Below are positions 1 to 7,939 of a stretch of DNA of 11,181 bases, one piece after another. Under the pieces are notes generated by a model. The model had not been told where the DNA came from. It searched no databases and saw only the letters and a program-made list of their open reading frames with translations. Origin of the DNA: Promethearchaeota archaeon (GTDB taxonomy: Archaea; Asgardarchaeota; Lokiarchaeia; Sigyniarchaeales; SOKP01); NCBI GenBank assembly GCA_048941015.1, contig JBHLNZ010000093.1, positions 1 to 11,181 of the forward strand, read 5' to 3'. Numbering within the stretch: position 1 is the first letter of the stretch; every line of letters starts with the position of its first letter. A program made the position numbers and the translations under genes.

Positions 1-77
1 TGAAGAGTTTCTTGATTCATAATTCAACTTTATTTTTAACAATTTAATAATTATATAGATTTTATTTTAATAAATCT

Positions 78-920
78 TCATTCTATTTCTAATTCATTTT
101 TAAATTTTTTATTTAAATTTTTGAGACTTGTTATTATTTGTGTTTGATGTGATATAGTTAACGACTGTAAAACTTTATTCAATTCATATTTATTAAAATC
201 GTTTATTTTGTTGTAGATTTTAATAAGAAAAAGAATTGTTATTGATGGTGATAAAACAAAGACTATAAATAAAGTAATTGGCAAATTTATAGGTGCTGAT
301 CCTTCTATTCCAGTACCCGGTAAATAGTAAACAATTCTGGGTCCCAAATTAATAGATTCAAATAAAGCAAATAATATATTAAATCCATTTAATAGAATAA
401 AGATTAAAGAATTAACAAGTGAGATTAATTTAAATAGATTAAACTTTAGGAAAGAAATTGTATTATCTTCAATTCTTAGTTTGGAATACTTCCAAATATC
501 AATAAAAATCCAAAAATAACAAAAAGAATAAATGAAACAAAATAGAATAACAAAATAAATTGAGTAGCTTGCAATTAACTGTGGATGATATAAAGATTCA
601 GCTCCTATCCAAAATAATAAAATCAATTGCATCAATGAACAAGCATATAGTCTGTTTGCATTTTTCTTTTCAGAACCTAAAGGATTATACTCTATATTAA
701 TTTCTTCACTCTTTATACGCCATTTATTAGTACTAATAATTCTAAAAAAAATAGAAAATCCAAACGTTATAATTGGAAATAATAAGAGTAATAAATTATT
801 CCAGGATTGTGAAAGAATAAGTAGGAATATGAGTGTAAAAACAATTGTATCTCGAATTATACTTTCATTTATTAAATCTCTTATAAGCAAATAATTATTC
901 TCAGAATTTTTTTCATTCAT
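78..920 (-). CDS. Hypothetical multi-pass membrane protein (280 aa, about 6 predicted TM segments)
   Basis: ATG at 920-918 and TGA at 80-78. Hydrophobic stretches (TIVFTLIFLLILS, LLLLLFPIITFGFSIFF, LMQLILLFWIG, IYFVILFCFIYSFCYFWIFI, LVNSLIFILLNGFNILFALF, ITLFIVFVLSPSITILFLI) alternate with polar loops (YNPLGSEKKNANRL, ESLYHPQL, LPGTG). No family motif recognised. Confidence 0.8.
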   Translation of the reverse strand: MNEKNSENNYLLIRDLINESIIRDTIVFTLIFLLILSQSWNNLLLLLFPIITFGFSIFFRIISTNKWRIKSEEINIEYNPLGSEKKNANRLYACSLMQLILLFWIGAESLYHPQLIASYSIYFVILFCFIYSFCYFWIFIDIWKYSKLRIEDNTISFLKFNLFKLISLVNSLIFILLNGFNILFALFESINLGPRIVYYLPGTGIEGSAPINLPITLFIVFVLSPSITILFLIKIYNKINDFNKYELNKVLQSLTISHQTQIITSLKNLNKKFKNELEIE

Positions 921-1001
921 TTTTTTTATTTAAAAATCCCATAATAATTAAACTTTTATACTCTATGCTAATATAAATTTTAGATTATAATCTAATAAGA
1001 A
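921..1001. promoter_or_regulatory. Divergent intergenic region with candidate archaeal TATA boxes and a 16-bp perfect palindrome
   Basis: 81-bp AT-rich gap between divergent ATGs. TATAAAAG lies on the minus strand (960-953) ahead of the 920 ATG, and ATATAAAT on the plus strand (971-978) about 24 nt before the 1002 ATG. Perfect palindrome TTAGATTATAATCTAA at 980-995. Confidence 0.5.
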
Positions 1002-2990
1002 ATGTCAAAAATAAAACCGATGAATAAGATCTCTTATTTGGACTTTTTCCCTTATAATCAATTCAGAATGGAACAAGAAGATATTATTAAAAAAATAGAA
1101 AAAGCTTCAAAACAAAGAAATAATATCTTACTAAGTGCTCCAAATGGTACTGGTAAGACAATTATAGCACTAAGCGCTTTATTACCAGTGGCATTAGAGA
1201 AAGATCTTAAAATAATTTATATGTGTCGAACACATGCCCAAAATACTAGAATAATTAAAGAATTGAACAAAGTCTCTAAGATAATTGCCGCTAATAATTT
1301 AAATCTTAAAATTAATGGATTATCAATACGAGGGAGAAATGAAATGTGTCTTAATAAAACACTCCTCTCTTTAAAGCTAAATCCAAAAGAATCAATGTCA
1401 GTATGTAGTGATTTAAGAAAAAATCGAAATTGTTCATATTTTATTAATTTATTAAAACAGAAAGATAAATATGAAAAGCCAATAAATATAGCGCCAGAAA
1501 TTTTTGATAAGCCTGTTGATGCTGAAGATTTAATAAATTTTTGTAATGAAAAAAATTTATGCCCGTATTTTCTAAGTAAATACCTCTTAGAAAGTATGAG
1601 ATTAATAATATGTAATTATCAATGGATTTTTAACCCTTTCATAAGAGAAAATTTCTTGATGTTTATCGGTAAGGAACTTCAAGATTGTATTATTGTAATT
1701 GATGAATGCCATAATGCTATCGATGTTGCTACCGATGTTAATTCAGAAAGGCTCACTCCATACTTATTAAGACTTTGTTTACGAGATTTAGAAATGTATC
1801 GTTCTCCTACACTAATGCAAGGTTTTATTAAAATTTTGTTAAATCACTTGACAAAGAAGAAAAATGTTATGAGAAGTCAAGAGAAAAGTATAAATCCTGA
1901 GCTTTTTTTGTATCAAGTTTGTAAAAAGCTTGGTTTTTTAGATTTACGACAATTTAAGAACTTTATTACTGAATTACAAGATTTTGGTTCATCTATTCAT
2001 GAAGAGAGGATCTCAAAAGGTGAGATTTCAAGAGATTATTTAGGATCATTAGCAGAATTTTGGTTAAAATGGATTAATACCTATAATTTAGATAGCTATT
2101 TTTTTTCATATAATATCAATGAAAATAAAGGGAAAAAAACAATTTCAATGGAAATTATTGCTTTGGATCCAAGAGAAATTACTGTCCCTATATTGAAAAG
2201 TTGTTATACTAGTATCCATTTATCTGGTACTGTAAACCCATATGTTTATAATAATTTAATCGGATTAAACGAAAGTGGAAAAAAATACACGGGTATAATA
2301 TCAAAATCTCCATTTGATAAGGAAAATATTAAGGCAGTTATTACCGAGGGAGTAGATACAAGAAGAGAAAATAGAACAAATGAAATGTTTAAAAAGATGG
2401 TTTCAAAAATCGAGGAAGTAATTTCTTGTACGCCAGCTAATGTAGCTATTTTTTGTGCATCTTATAAAATCTTAAAATCTCTTTTATCAAATAATATTGA
2501 ATTAATTATACAAAAAAATCATAAAAAATTATTTATTGAAGAGTCAGGATTATCTGCTTCTGAAAATGCAATGCTCATTGAAAACTATAAATATACTTCT
2601 AAAAGTGATGGAGCTGTCTTATTGGGAGTTTGTGGAGGAAGAAATTCTGAAGGCGAAGATTATCCCGGTGATTTTATGAATTCTGTAATTATAGCAGGAT
2701 TTCCCTATCATTTACCTACACCTCGCGTTGATGCAAAAATTATATATTATGATAAAGTTTTTAACAATCAAGGCTGGAATTTTGCATATTTATATCCTGC
2801 TATACAAAGAGCGAATCAAGCATCGGGGAGACCAATTAGAAAAATCAAAGATAAAGGAGCCATAATTTTCATGGATTCTCGATTTAAGCAAAAATTTAAA
2901 TGGATTTCTGATTGGATTAGAGAAGAGATAGAAATCGTTCCTGATAAAAAGGGGGCTTTAACACAATATCTATATCCTTTCTGGCATTAG
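1002..2990 (+). CDS. xpd: XPD/Rad3/DinG-family ATP-dependent 5'-3' DNA helicase with 4Fe-4S domain
   Basis: Q motif FPYNQFRMEQ, Walker A APNGTGKT, motif Ia CRTHAQ, four Fe-S cysteines (RNEMC, SVC, RNC, LCPY), DEAH-like IDECHN, motif III LSGT, motif V GRNSEGEDYPG, motif VI QASGRPIR, and FMDSRF. An alternative ATG at 1020 is possible. Confidence 0.95.
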   Translation: MSKIKPMNKISYLDFFPYNQFRMEQEDIIKKIEKASKQRNNILLSAPNGTGKTIIALSALLPVALEKDLKIIYMCRTHAQNTRIIKELNKVSKIIAANNLNLKINGLSIRGRNEMCLNKTLLSLKLNPKESMSVCSDLRKNRNCSYFINLLKQKDKYEKPINIAPEIFDKPVDAEDLINFCNEKNLCPYFLSKYLLESMRLIICNYQWIFNPFIRENFLMFIGKELQDCIIVIDECHNAIDVATDVNSERLTPYLLRLCLRDLEMYRSPTLMQGFIKILLNHLTKKKNVMRSQEKSINPELFLYQVCKKLGFLDLRQFKNFITELQDFGSSIHEERISKGEISRDYLGSLAEFWLKWINTYNLDSYFFSYNINENKGKKTISMEIIALDPREITVPILKSCYTSIHLSGTVNPYVYNNLIGLNESGKKYTGIISKSPFDKENIKAVITEGVDTRRENRTNEMFKKMVSKIEEVISCTPANVAIFCASYKILKSLLSNNIELIIQKNHKKLFIEESGLSASENAMLIENYKYTSKSDGAVLLGVCGGRNSEGEDYPGDFMNSVIIAGFPYHLPTPRVDAKIIYYDKVFNNQGWNFAYLYPAIQRANQASGRPIRKIKDKGAIIFMDSRFKQKFKWISDWIREEIEIVPDKKGALTQYLYPFWH

Positions 2991-2998
2991 TTTATAAT

Positions 2999-4171
2999 TT
3001 AAATTCTCTCTCTAAATTTCAGTGAAATTACTATGACAGAAATTATCGGAAATAATATCATTGGAATTCCAACAATGTAATAATTAGGGTTAATATTCAA
3101 TAATAGGCTAAAAAATAGTGCTCCTATAAAACTACCGAGATAAAAACTTGAATTTGCATATCCAATGTATTTTCCTTTATTTATTGGAGTGGTTTTTTGA
3201 GCAATATAGATAACAGATGCATTCCAAAACATAGCAAAAGAGAAGGAAATAATTACTTGATTAAATAGAAATCCAAAGAAATCTATAGAAATTAGATATC
3301 CAAATACAGTTAAAGCACTAAGAAGATATCCTATTATCATAATAATTTTTAGATTTTTTTTGTTAATCAATCTTCCAATGATTAATGTTAAAACAACTTG
3401 AACCAGTGGATTTATACCTATAAGAAATCCAATTTCAGTATTACTTGTTATATGAAAAGCCATCAGAATTGCGAGAACTGAAATAAGTGGACGAAGTCCA
3501 AAATTACGAAAGAATAATGCAATATATATTGATTTTGAGATTGGGTCTTCTTTCTTTTTATCATCCATTTCTTGAAAGGAATTTTCTTCATTATTTCTTT
3601 CATTATATCTCTGAATTATTACATTTCTATTCTCCTTTAAAAGTAAAACAAAAATTATGTTTGTTAATGAGATCCAAAAGAAAAAGTGGAAAATATTACT
3701 TAACCCAAAAATTTCAATAAATATACCACCAAATTGAGCCCCAATAAACCATCCAACTACGACCATCGAATTTAAATATGATATATAATGAGAATCATTT
3801 TCAACTATTTCTTGAAATAAAATACTAATCATCCCATAACAAGCGTTTGAAAAACCATAAATAAACAAAAAAATAGTAATAATGATTAAATTTTGAAAAA
3901 AAATCAATAAAAAAAAAGTAAAAATAACACCGATTGTTCCAAATATAATGAAGTAATATCTATTTTGAATTTTATCAGATACTCTACCTATTAATGGAGG
4001 AAATAAAAAAGCAGTTAAGGGTAATATAGAAATTATAACTTGAATAATACTTCTATTCGTTCCAATACTTACTAAATAAGGAGGTAAATAAGAATACACC
4101 GACATTCCTATTGTATTAGATATTATAATAGAAACCAGAATTAAAATAACTGATCTTTTAGAAATAATCAA
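2999..4171 (-). CDS. Major facilitator superfamily (MFS) transporter, substrate unknown
   Basis: 390 aa with about 12 hydrophobic helices in a 6+6 arrangement and a charged central loop (NERNNEENSFQEMDDKKKED). Motif-A-like GRVSDKIQNR and its repeat GRLINKKNLK. TTG start preceded by SD-like AGGGGT. Confidence 0.9.
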   Translation of the reverse strand: MIISKRSVILILVSIIISNTIGMSVYSYLPPYLVSIGTNRSIIQVIISILPLTAFLFPPLIGRVSDKIQNRYYFIIFGTIGVIFTFFLLIFFQNLIIITIFLFIYGFSNACYGMISILFQEIVENDSHYISYLNSMVVVGWFIGAQFGGIFIEIFGLSNIFHFFFWISLTNIIFVLLLKENRNVIIQRYNERNNEENSFQEMDDKKKEDPISKSIYIALFFRNFGLRPLISVLAILMAFHITSNTEIGFLIGINPLVQVVLTLIIGRLINKKNLKIIMIIGYLLSALTVFGYLISIDFFGFLFNQVIISFSFAMFWNASVIYIAQKTTPINKGKYIGYANSSFYLGSFIGALFFSLLLNINPNYYIVGIPMILFPIISVIVISLKFRERI

Positions 4172-4185
4172 TATTTAACCCCTAA

Positions 4186-5988
4186 TCAAGAAAATGAATG
4201 CAATTTTTGAACATTAGAATATAAATCTATAAGCTTTTCAGTAACAATTTTCCAAGTAAAATGATTTTTCACTCTCTTAAGACAATTCTCCCTAACTTCA
4301 TAATAATAATTATAATCTATTAAAACACGAGATTTTATAATTCCATCAGGAATTTCATTTACAATTTTTAAAATTTTTTCTTCATAAATGGTATGTTGTA
4401 TAGATTTTTTAACAAGATTAGCCACTTCTGCCGATTTTAAAAGAGAAATTAGAGAATTTGCTAATGCTTTTGGATTATCTTTCTCTATTAAGATTCCTGT
4501 TCCAATTTCAGGATACATTCTCATATCAATAACTGTCTCCTGCAACCCTCCAACTCTAGTTGCAATTATAGGTATCTTAGAAGCCATAGCTTCCAATGCC
4601 ATTATTCCAAAAGGTTCCCACCGAGATATAGCACAATATATATCAGCAGAAATATGTGCTAAATAAAAAATATCTGATGCTACACCGAATATAATTCTAA
4701 GGCTGTTAGGATATCTTTTAACAAATTGAGCATATTCTTTTATTTCATTAAGACTATAATCAGTTGGTAAAATTAAAAATAAAAATTTCGCATTAGGTAC
4801 CGCTTTAATTACATTAGGTATTGCTTTAAAAATTATATCAAAGCCTTTCTGGGGTGAAATTCTTCCTGTAGTAATTACCAATGGACCAGATTCGAGAAAA
4901 GATTTTATATTTCCATTCTTTACAAAAGGATTTCCATTTGAAATTTCATTAATTACGTCAAGAACTTTCTGAGAATTTATTAATGGACTTTGGCTTAAAT
5001 GCCCTATTTTATATTCTAATAAATATTTCTTCATCTCATCTCTAGAAATTGAGACATCTTGTGAGAGATCTAACACTTTATGCATTTCTTCTCCATGAGT
5101 CTCAACTACTTTTTCAAAAATTTCATTGTAATCCCAATCACATCCATCCCATATAAAATCAGCTTTAAAATCAATTAAATCTCTTCCACAATTTGGTATA
5201 ATATCAGATATTAAGTATGATTCACTAACCGTTGTTACCAAATCACATATAATGGCTCCGATTTTCTCGATAGTTGGATCTTGATCATCTTTATTCGACG
5301 TTTGAGCTAAATTAAAAATCTCATCCAAAGAAAATAAATCAAATCCATTTTTCTGAAGAATTTTAATAGGAGTATTATCAATACCACATGCTCGACAAAA
5401 ATTAATGTTAAACCTTGGCCATGTTAATAAATGAATTGTGATTATTGATGAAATATCTAACCCCCATTTTATGAGTTCTTGTTTCATAACAATCAAAGCC
5501 AATACAACATGATAATCATGCAAGTGTACAATACTAGCTAATTCTTGTTTATTATTATCAACTAAATATTTAATAAAACCACGAATTCCTAAGCTAAATA
5601 AGCAAATTTTTCCATTTATCGTATTTGGGTTGTATACATTGGTATCATCTAAAAATTGACGAGTAATATTATTTTCTCCTGAAAGTAGAATAACCTTTAC
5701 ATTATTTAATATAAACTCGTAAAAGGAAATGTTATAACTTATTTCTTGATCACGAATTCCAAAAATAGAGGGATTTAGCTGACCAATACAGTTAAAAGGA
5801 TATTTTTTCCATTTTAATTTCTGTTTTAGTTTTTCAACCTGTCCGTGAGAAGGTATAAATACAGTAATATCATATTCATCAATTAGATTAACAGCCTGAT
5901 TTGCTGGTACTTCCCCGAGTCCACCAACTTTAATAATACCAGCATATTCAAAAGTAAAAATCCAAAGCTTCTTTTTATTTGCTTTCAA
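4186..5988 (-). CDS. glgA: Glycogen/starch synthase, GT5 family (GT-B fold), long form (600 aa)
   Basis: N-terminal FEY...KVGGLG (KxGGL nucleotide-sugar motif), HLHDYH, ITIH, TTVSESY, GRISPQKG, SRWEPFGIMALEAMA, TRVGGLQETV, and C-terminal FTW. TTG start at 5988. Confidence 0.88.
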   Translation of the reverse strand: MKANKKKLWIFTFEYAGIIKVGGLGEVPANQAVNLIDEYDITVFIPSHGQVEKLKQKLKWKKYPFNCIGQLNPSIFGIRDQEISYNISFYEFILNNVKVILLSGENNITRQFLDDTNVYNPNTINGKICLFSLGIRGFIKYLVDNNKQELASIVHLHDYHVVLALIVMKQELIKWGLDISSIITIHLLTWPRFNINFCRACGIDNTPIKILQKNGFDLFSLDEIFNLAQTSNKDDQDPTIEKIGAIICDLVTTVSESYLISDIIPNCGRDLIDFKADFIWDGCDWDYNEIFEKVVETHGEEMHKVLDLSQDVSISRDEMKKYLLEYKIGHLSQSPLINSQKVLDVINEISNGNPFVKNGNIKSFLESGPLVITTGRISPQKGFDIIFKAIPNVIKAVPNAKFLFLILPTDYSLNEIKEYAQFVKRYPNSLRIIFGVASDIFYLAHISADIYCAISRWEPFGIMALEAMASKIPIIATRVGGLQETVIDMRMYPEIGTGILIEKDNPKALANSLISLLKSAEVANLVKKSIQHTIYEEKILKIVNEIPDGIIKSRVLIDYNYYYEVRENCLKRVKNHFTWKIVTEKLIDLYSNVQKLHSFS

Positions 5989-6161
5989 AATTTCTCAGAA
6001 TCTCATTAAAATCGGTAATATAATAATAATTTAATTCTAGTTTTTAAGGAACTACTAATTAAAACATTTCTAAATTCTTTAAATATTAATTCTTTTAAAA
6101 TATAATTAAAATTTTTCTTGTCCGATTCAATTACGACAAAAATCATTGAAAGAAATTATTT

Positions 6162-7796
6162 TCATTTATGTTTTAAAATTTTACCGTCTAATATTCCAGT
6201 GTGTTCACCTTTAGCGAGTGTGATTTTTCCATTAACGATAACGAAATCAATGCCCTCTGGAGACTTTTTTCCTTCTTTTAAAGTACCTTTATCTTTGATT
6301 TTTTCTGGATCAAAAATTACTAGATCTGCTTTATATCCTTCTTTTATTATCCCTCTATCCTCTAATTCTAAGATTGAAGCGGGTAAAGATGTCATTCTTC
6401 TTATCATTTCTTCCAAAGGTATAATTTTATTTTCCCTAACCCAACGAGCAATAACTCTTGGAAATGCGTTATAGGTTCGTGGATGAGTATTACCTTCTAA
6501 TATCTCTACAGCATCAGAACTTGGGCATACATATTCTTGTTTAAAGAGAGGAATCACACTTTTTACTTCATTTTTTTGCTGAATTCTAATCATTATTCCA
6601 CCTTCTTCATCCAAGAAATAATCCAATAACGCATCTTCAAGATTTTTGTTAGGATATAATGTAGTTAAGGTATCATATAATGTTTTTCCCTCAACGCTAT
6701 GATTTTTTAAACTATAGATTACAATAACTCCTTTACTCAAAATCGGTACTACTTTTTTTCTAAGTAAAAATTTAGGAATCAATTTCATCAATAGTGGAGC
6801 ATCTGAAAGAAACATAGAATATAACTTTTCAAAAATCTCTCTTTTTATCTTTTTTCTTGTTTCAGGATTACTTAAATTATTTTTAAAGTCTGAATATACC
6901 CATGTTGGTAATAGAACAAAAGATAAACTTGTAAATCCATCATCATAGACGGTTATATCGGCTGTTATTTTTAAACCTTCATTTCTTACTCTATTAACTA
7001 AATCAATTGCATTTTTAGTCAATTCCTCATATTTATATCTACTTATAACACTCCAATGAGAGATATGAGCACGAATATTTGCTTCTTTTGCAATTCTTAT
7101 TAATTCTGACATTCCAATATTAATAACACCCGCACCCTCGTTTCTCATATGAGAATCATAAAATCCGCCATAATTGCTTATTACTTTAGCAAGCTCAATT
7201 AATTCATCAGTTGAAGTTGACGATCCTGGAGGGTAAACTAGCCCTGTTGACAATCCAAAAGCTCCTGCTTCCATATTTTCTCGAATAATCTGTTTCATTT
7301 GATTTAATTCTTCATAATTAGCAGGACGAGTTTCTGTTCCTAAAATACAAGCACGAACATTTCCTTGTGGAATCATAAAAGCTAAATTAATAGAAACGCC
7401 CTTCTTCTCTATTGCATCAAAAAGATTTTTCATATTACTGAAAAGTTCTGGAGATGAACAAAATGCTTTATTAACAAAATTTAGATAATAATGCTTTACT
7501 TTTTCATTTGCTGGAGCAATACCTATTCCACACACTCCTACCAATAAAGTTGTCATTCCCTGGCCAATATATGCTTCAGCTTTATTCGCATCAAGGATCG
7601 TTAAATCAGCATGGTTATGAATATCTATGAAACCAGGGCTCACTATTTTACTTGTAGCATCGATTAATTGAGCATCATCATTTTTAATTTTGGTTCCTAT
7701 TTTTATTATTCTTTCATCTTTAATTAACAAATCCCCCTTAAAACCAGGAGATCCTGTGCCATCAATTAAAGTACCATTTTTTATTAAAATATCCAT
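6162..7796 (-). CDS. N-acyl-D-amino-acid deacylase (D-aminoacylase) family amidohydrolase
   Basis: ILIKNGTLIDGTG beta-sandwich start, PGFIDIHNHAD (HxH), GVCG (Cys ligand position typical of D-aminoacylases), GLSTGLVYPPG, SHMRNEG, HISH, SSDA (catalytic Asp), HPRTY, RGIIKEGYKADLVIFD. Confidence 0.92.
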   Translation of the reverse strand: MDILIKNGTLIDGTGSPGFKGDLLIKDERIIKIGTKIKNDDAQLIDATSKIVSPGFIDIHNHADLTILDANKAEAYIGQGMTTLLVGVCGIGIAPANEKVKHYYLNFVNKAFCSSPELFSNMKNLFDAIEKKGVSINLAFMIPQGNVRACILGTETRPANYEELNQMKQIIRENMEAGAFGLSTGLVYPPGSSTSTDELIELAKVISNYGGFYDSHMRNEGAGVINIGMSELIRIAKEANIRAHISHWSVISRYKYEELTKNAIDLVNRVRNEGLKITADITVYDDGFTSLSFVLLPTWVYSDFKNNLSNPETRKKIKREIFEKLYSMFLSDAPLLMKLIPKFLLRKKVVPILSKGVIVIYSLKNHSVEGKTLYDTLTTLYPNKNLEDALLDYFLDEEGGIMIRIQQKNEVKSVIPLFKQEYVCPSSDAVEILEGNTHPRTYNAFPRVIARWVRENKIIPLEEMIRRMTSLPASILELEDRGIIKEGYKADLVIFDPEKIKDKGTLKEGKKSPEGIDFVIVNGKITLAKGEHTGILDGKILKHK

Positions 7797-7939
7797 AATT
7801 CTTCAAGAATTATTGTTATTTGTGGTTTGAAAATTTATTATGTTATATTAAATATTTTTTTATTAAATCAAATCGTCAAAGTTTTGTATTAAATAAAATA
7901 TTATTTAATAGAATTCAAATTAAAAATAATGAGTTTAAG
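7795..7939. promoter_or_regulatory. Divergent promoter region between the deacylase and the secernin pair, with two inverted repeats
   Basis: ATAATTCTT-C-AAGAATTAT (7795-7813) overlaps the deacylase ATG. TATTAAATAA-AATA-TTATTTAATA (7887-7910) lies 30 nt upstream of the secernin ATG at 7940 and contains a TATA-like TTTAATA. Confidence 0.45.

Noticed and set aside
1-22. Possible gene fragment at the left edge (+ strand EEFLDS-stop at 2-22, or - strand MNQETL from ATG at 20)
   Set aside because: Too short to decide between the two readings without flanking sequence.
3487-3720. 77-aa + strand ORF
   Set aside because: Lies entirely antisense within the MFS gene and has no motifs; a shadow ORF.
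4388-4666. 92-aa + strand ORF
   Set aside because: Antisense to the conserved GT-B C-terminal motifs of glgA; a shadow ORF.
6118-6140. TTGTC...GACAA inverted repeat downstream of the deacylase as a terminator hairpin
   Set aside because: Only 5-bp clean arms, expected by chance. Nearby T-runs on the minus strand could act as an archaeal terminator but cannot be supported specifically.
6118-6474. 118-aa + strand ORF
   Set aside because: Antisense to the conserved C-terminus of the amidohydrolase, with composition typical of reverse-frame shadows.
7820-7939. 40-aa N-terminal extension of secernin A (TTG start), considered as a possible Ntn propeptide
   Set aside because: AT-rich and overlapping the divergent promoter region. 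Paralog B starts directly at MCDT, so the ATG at 7940 is far more likely.
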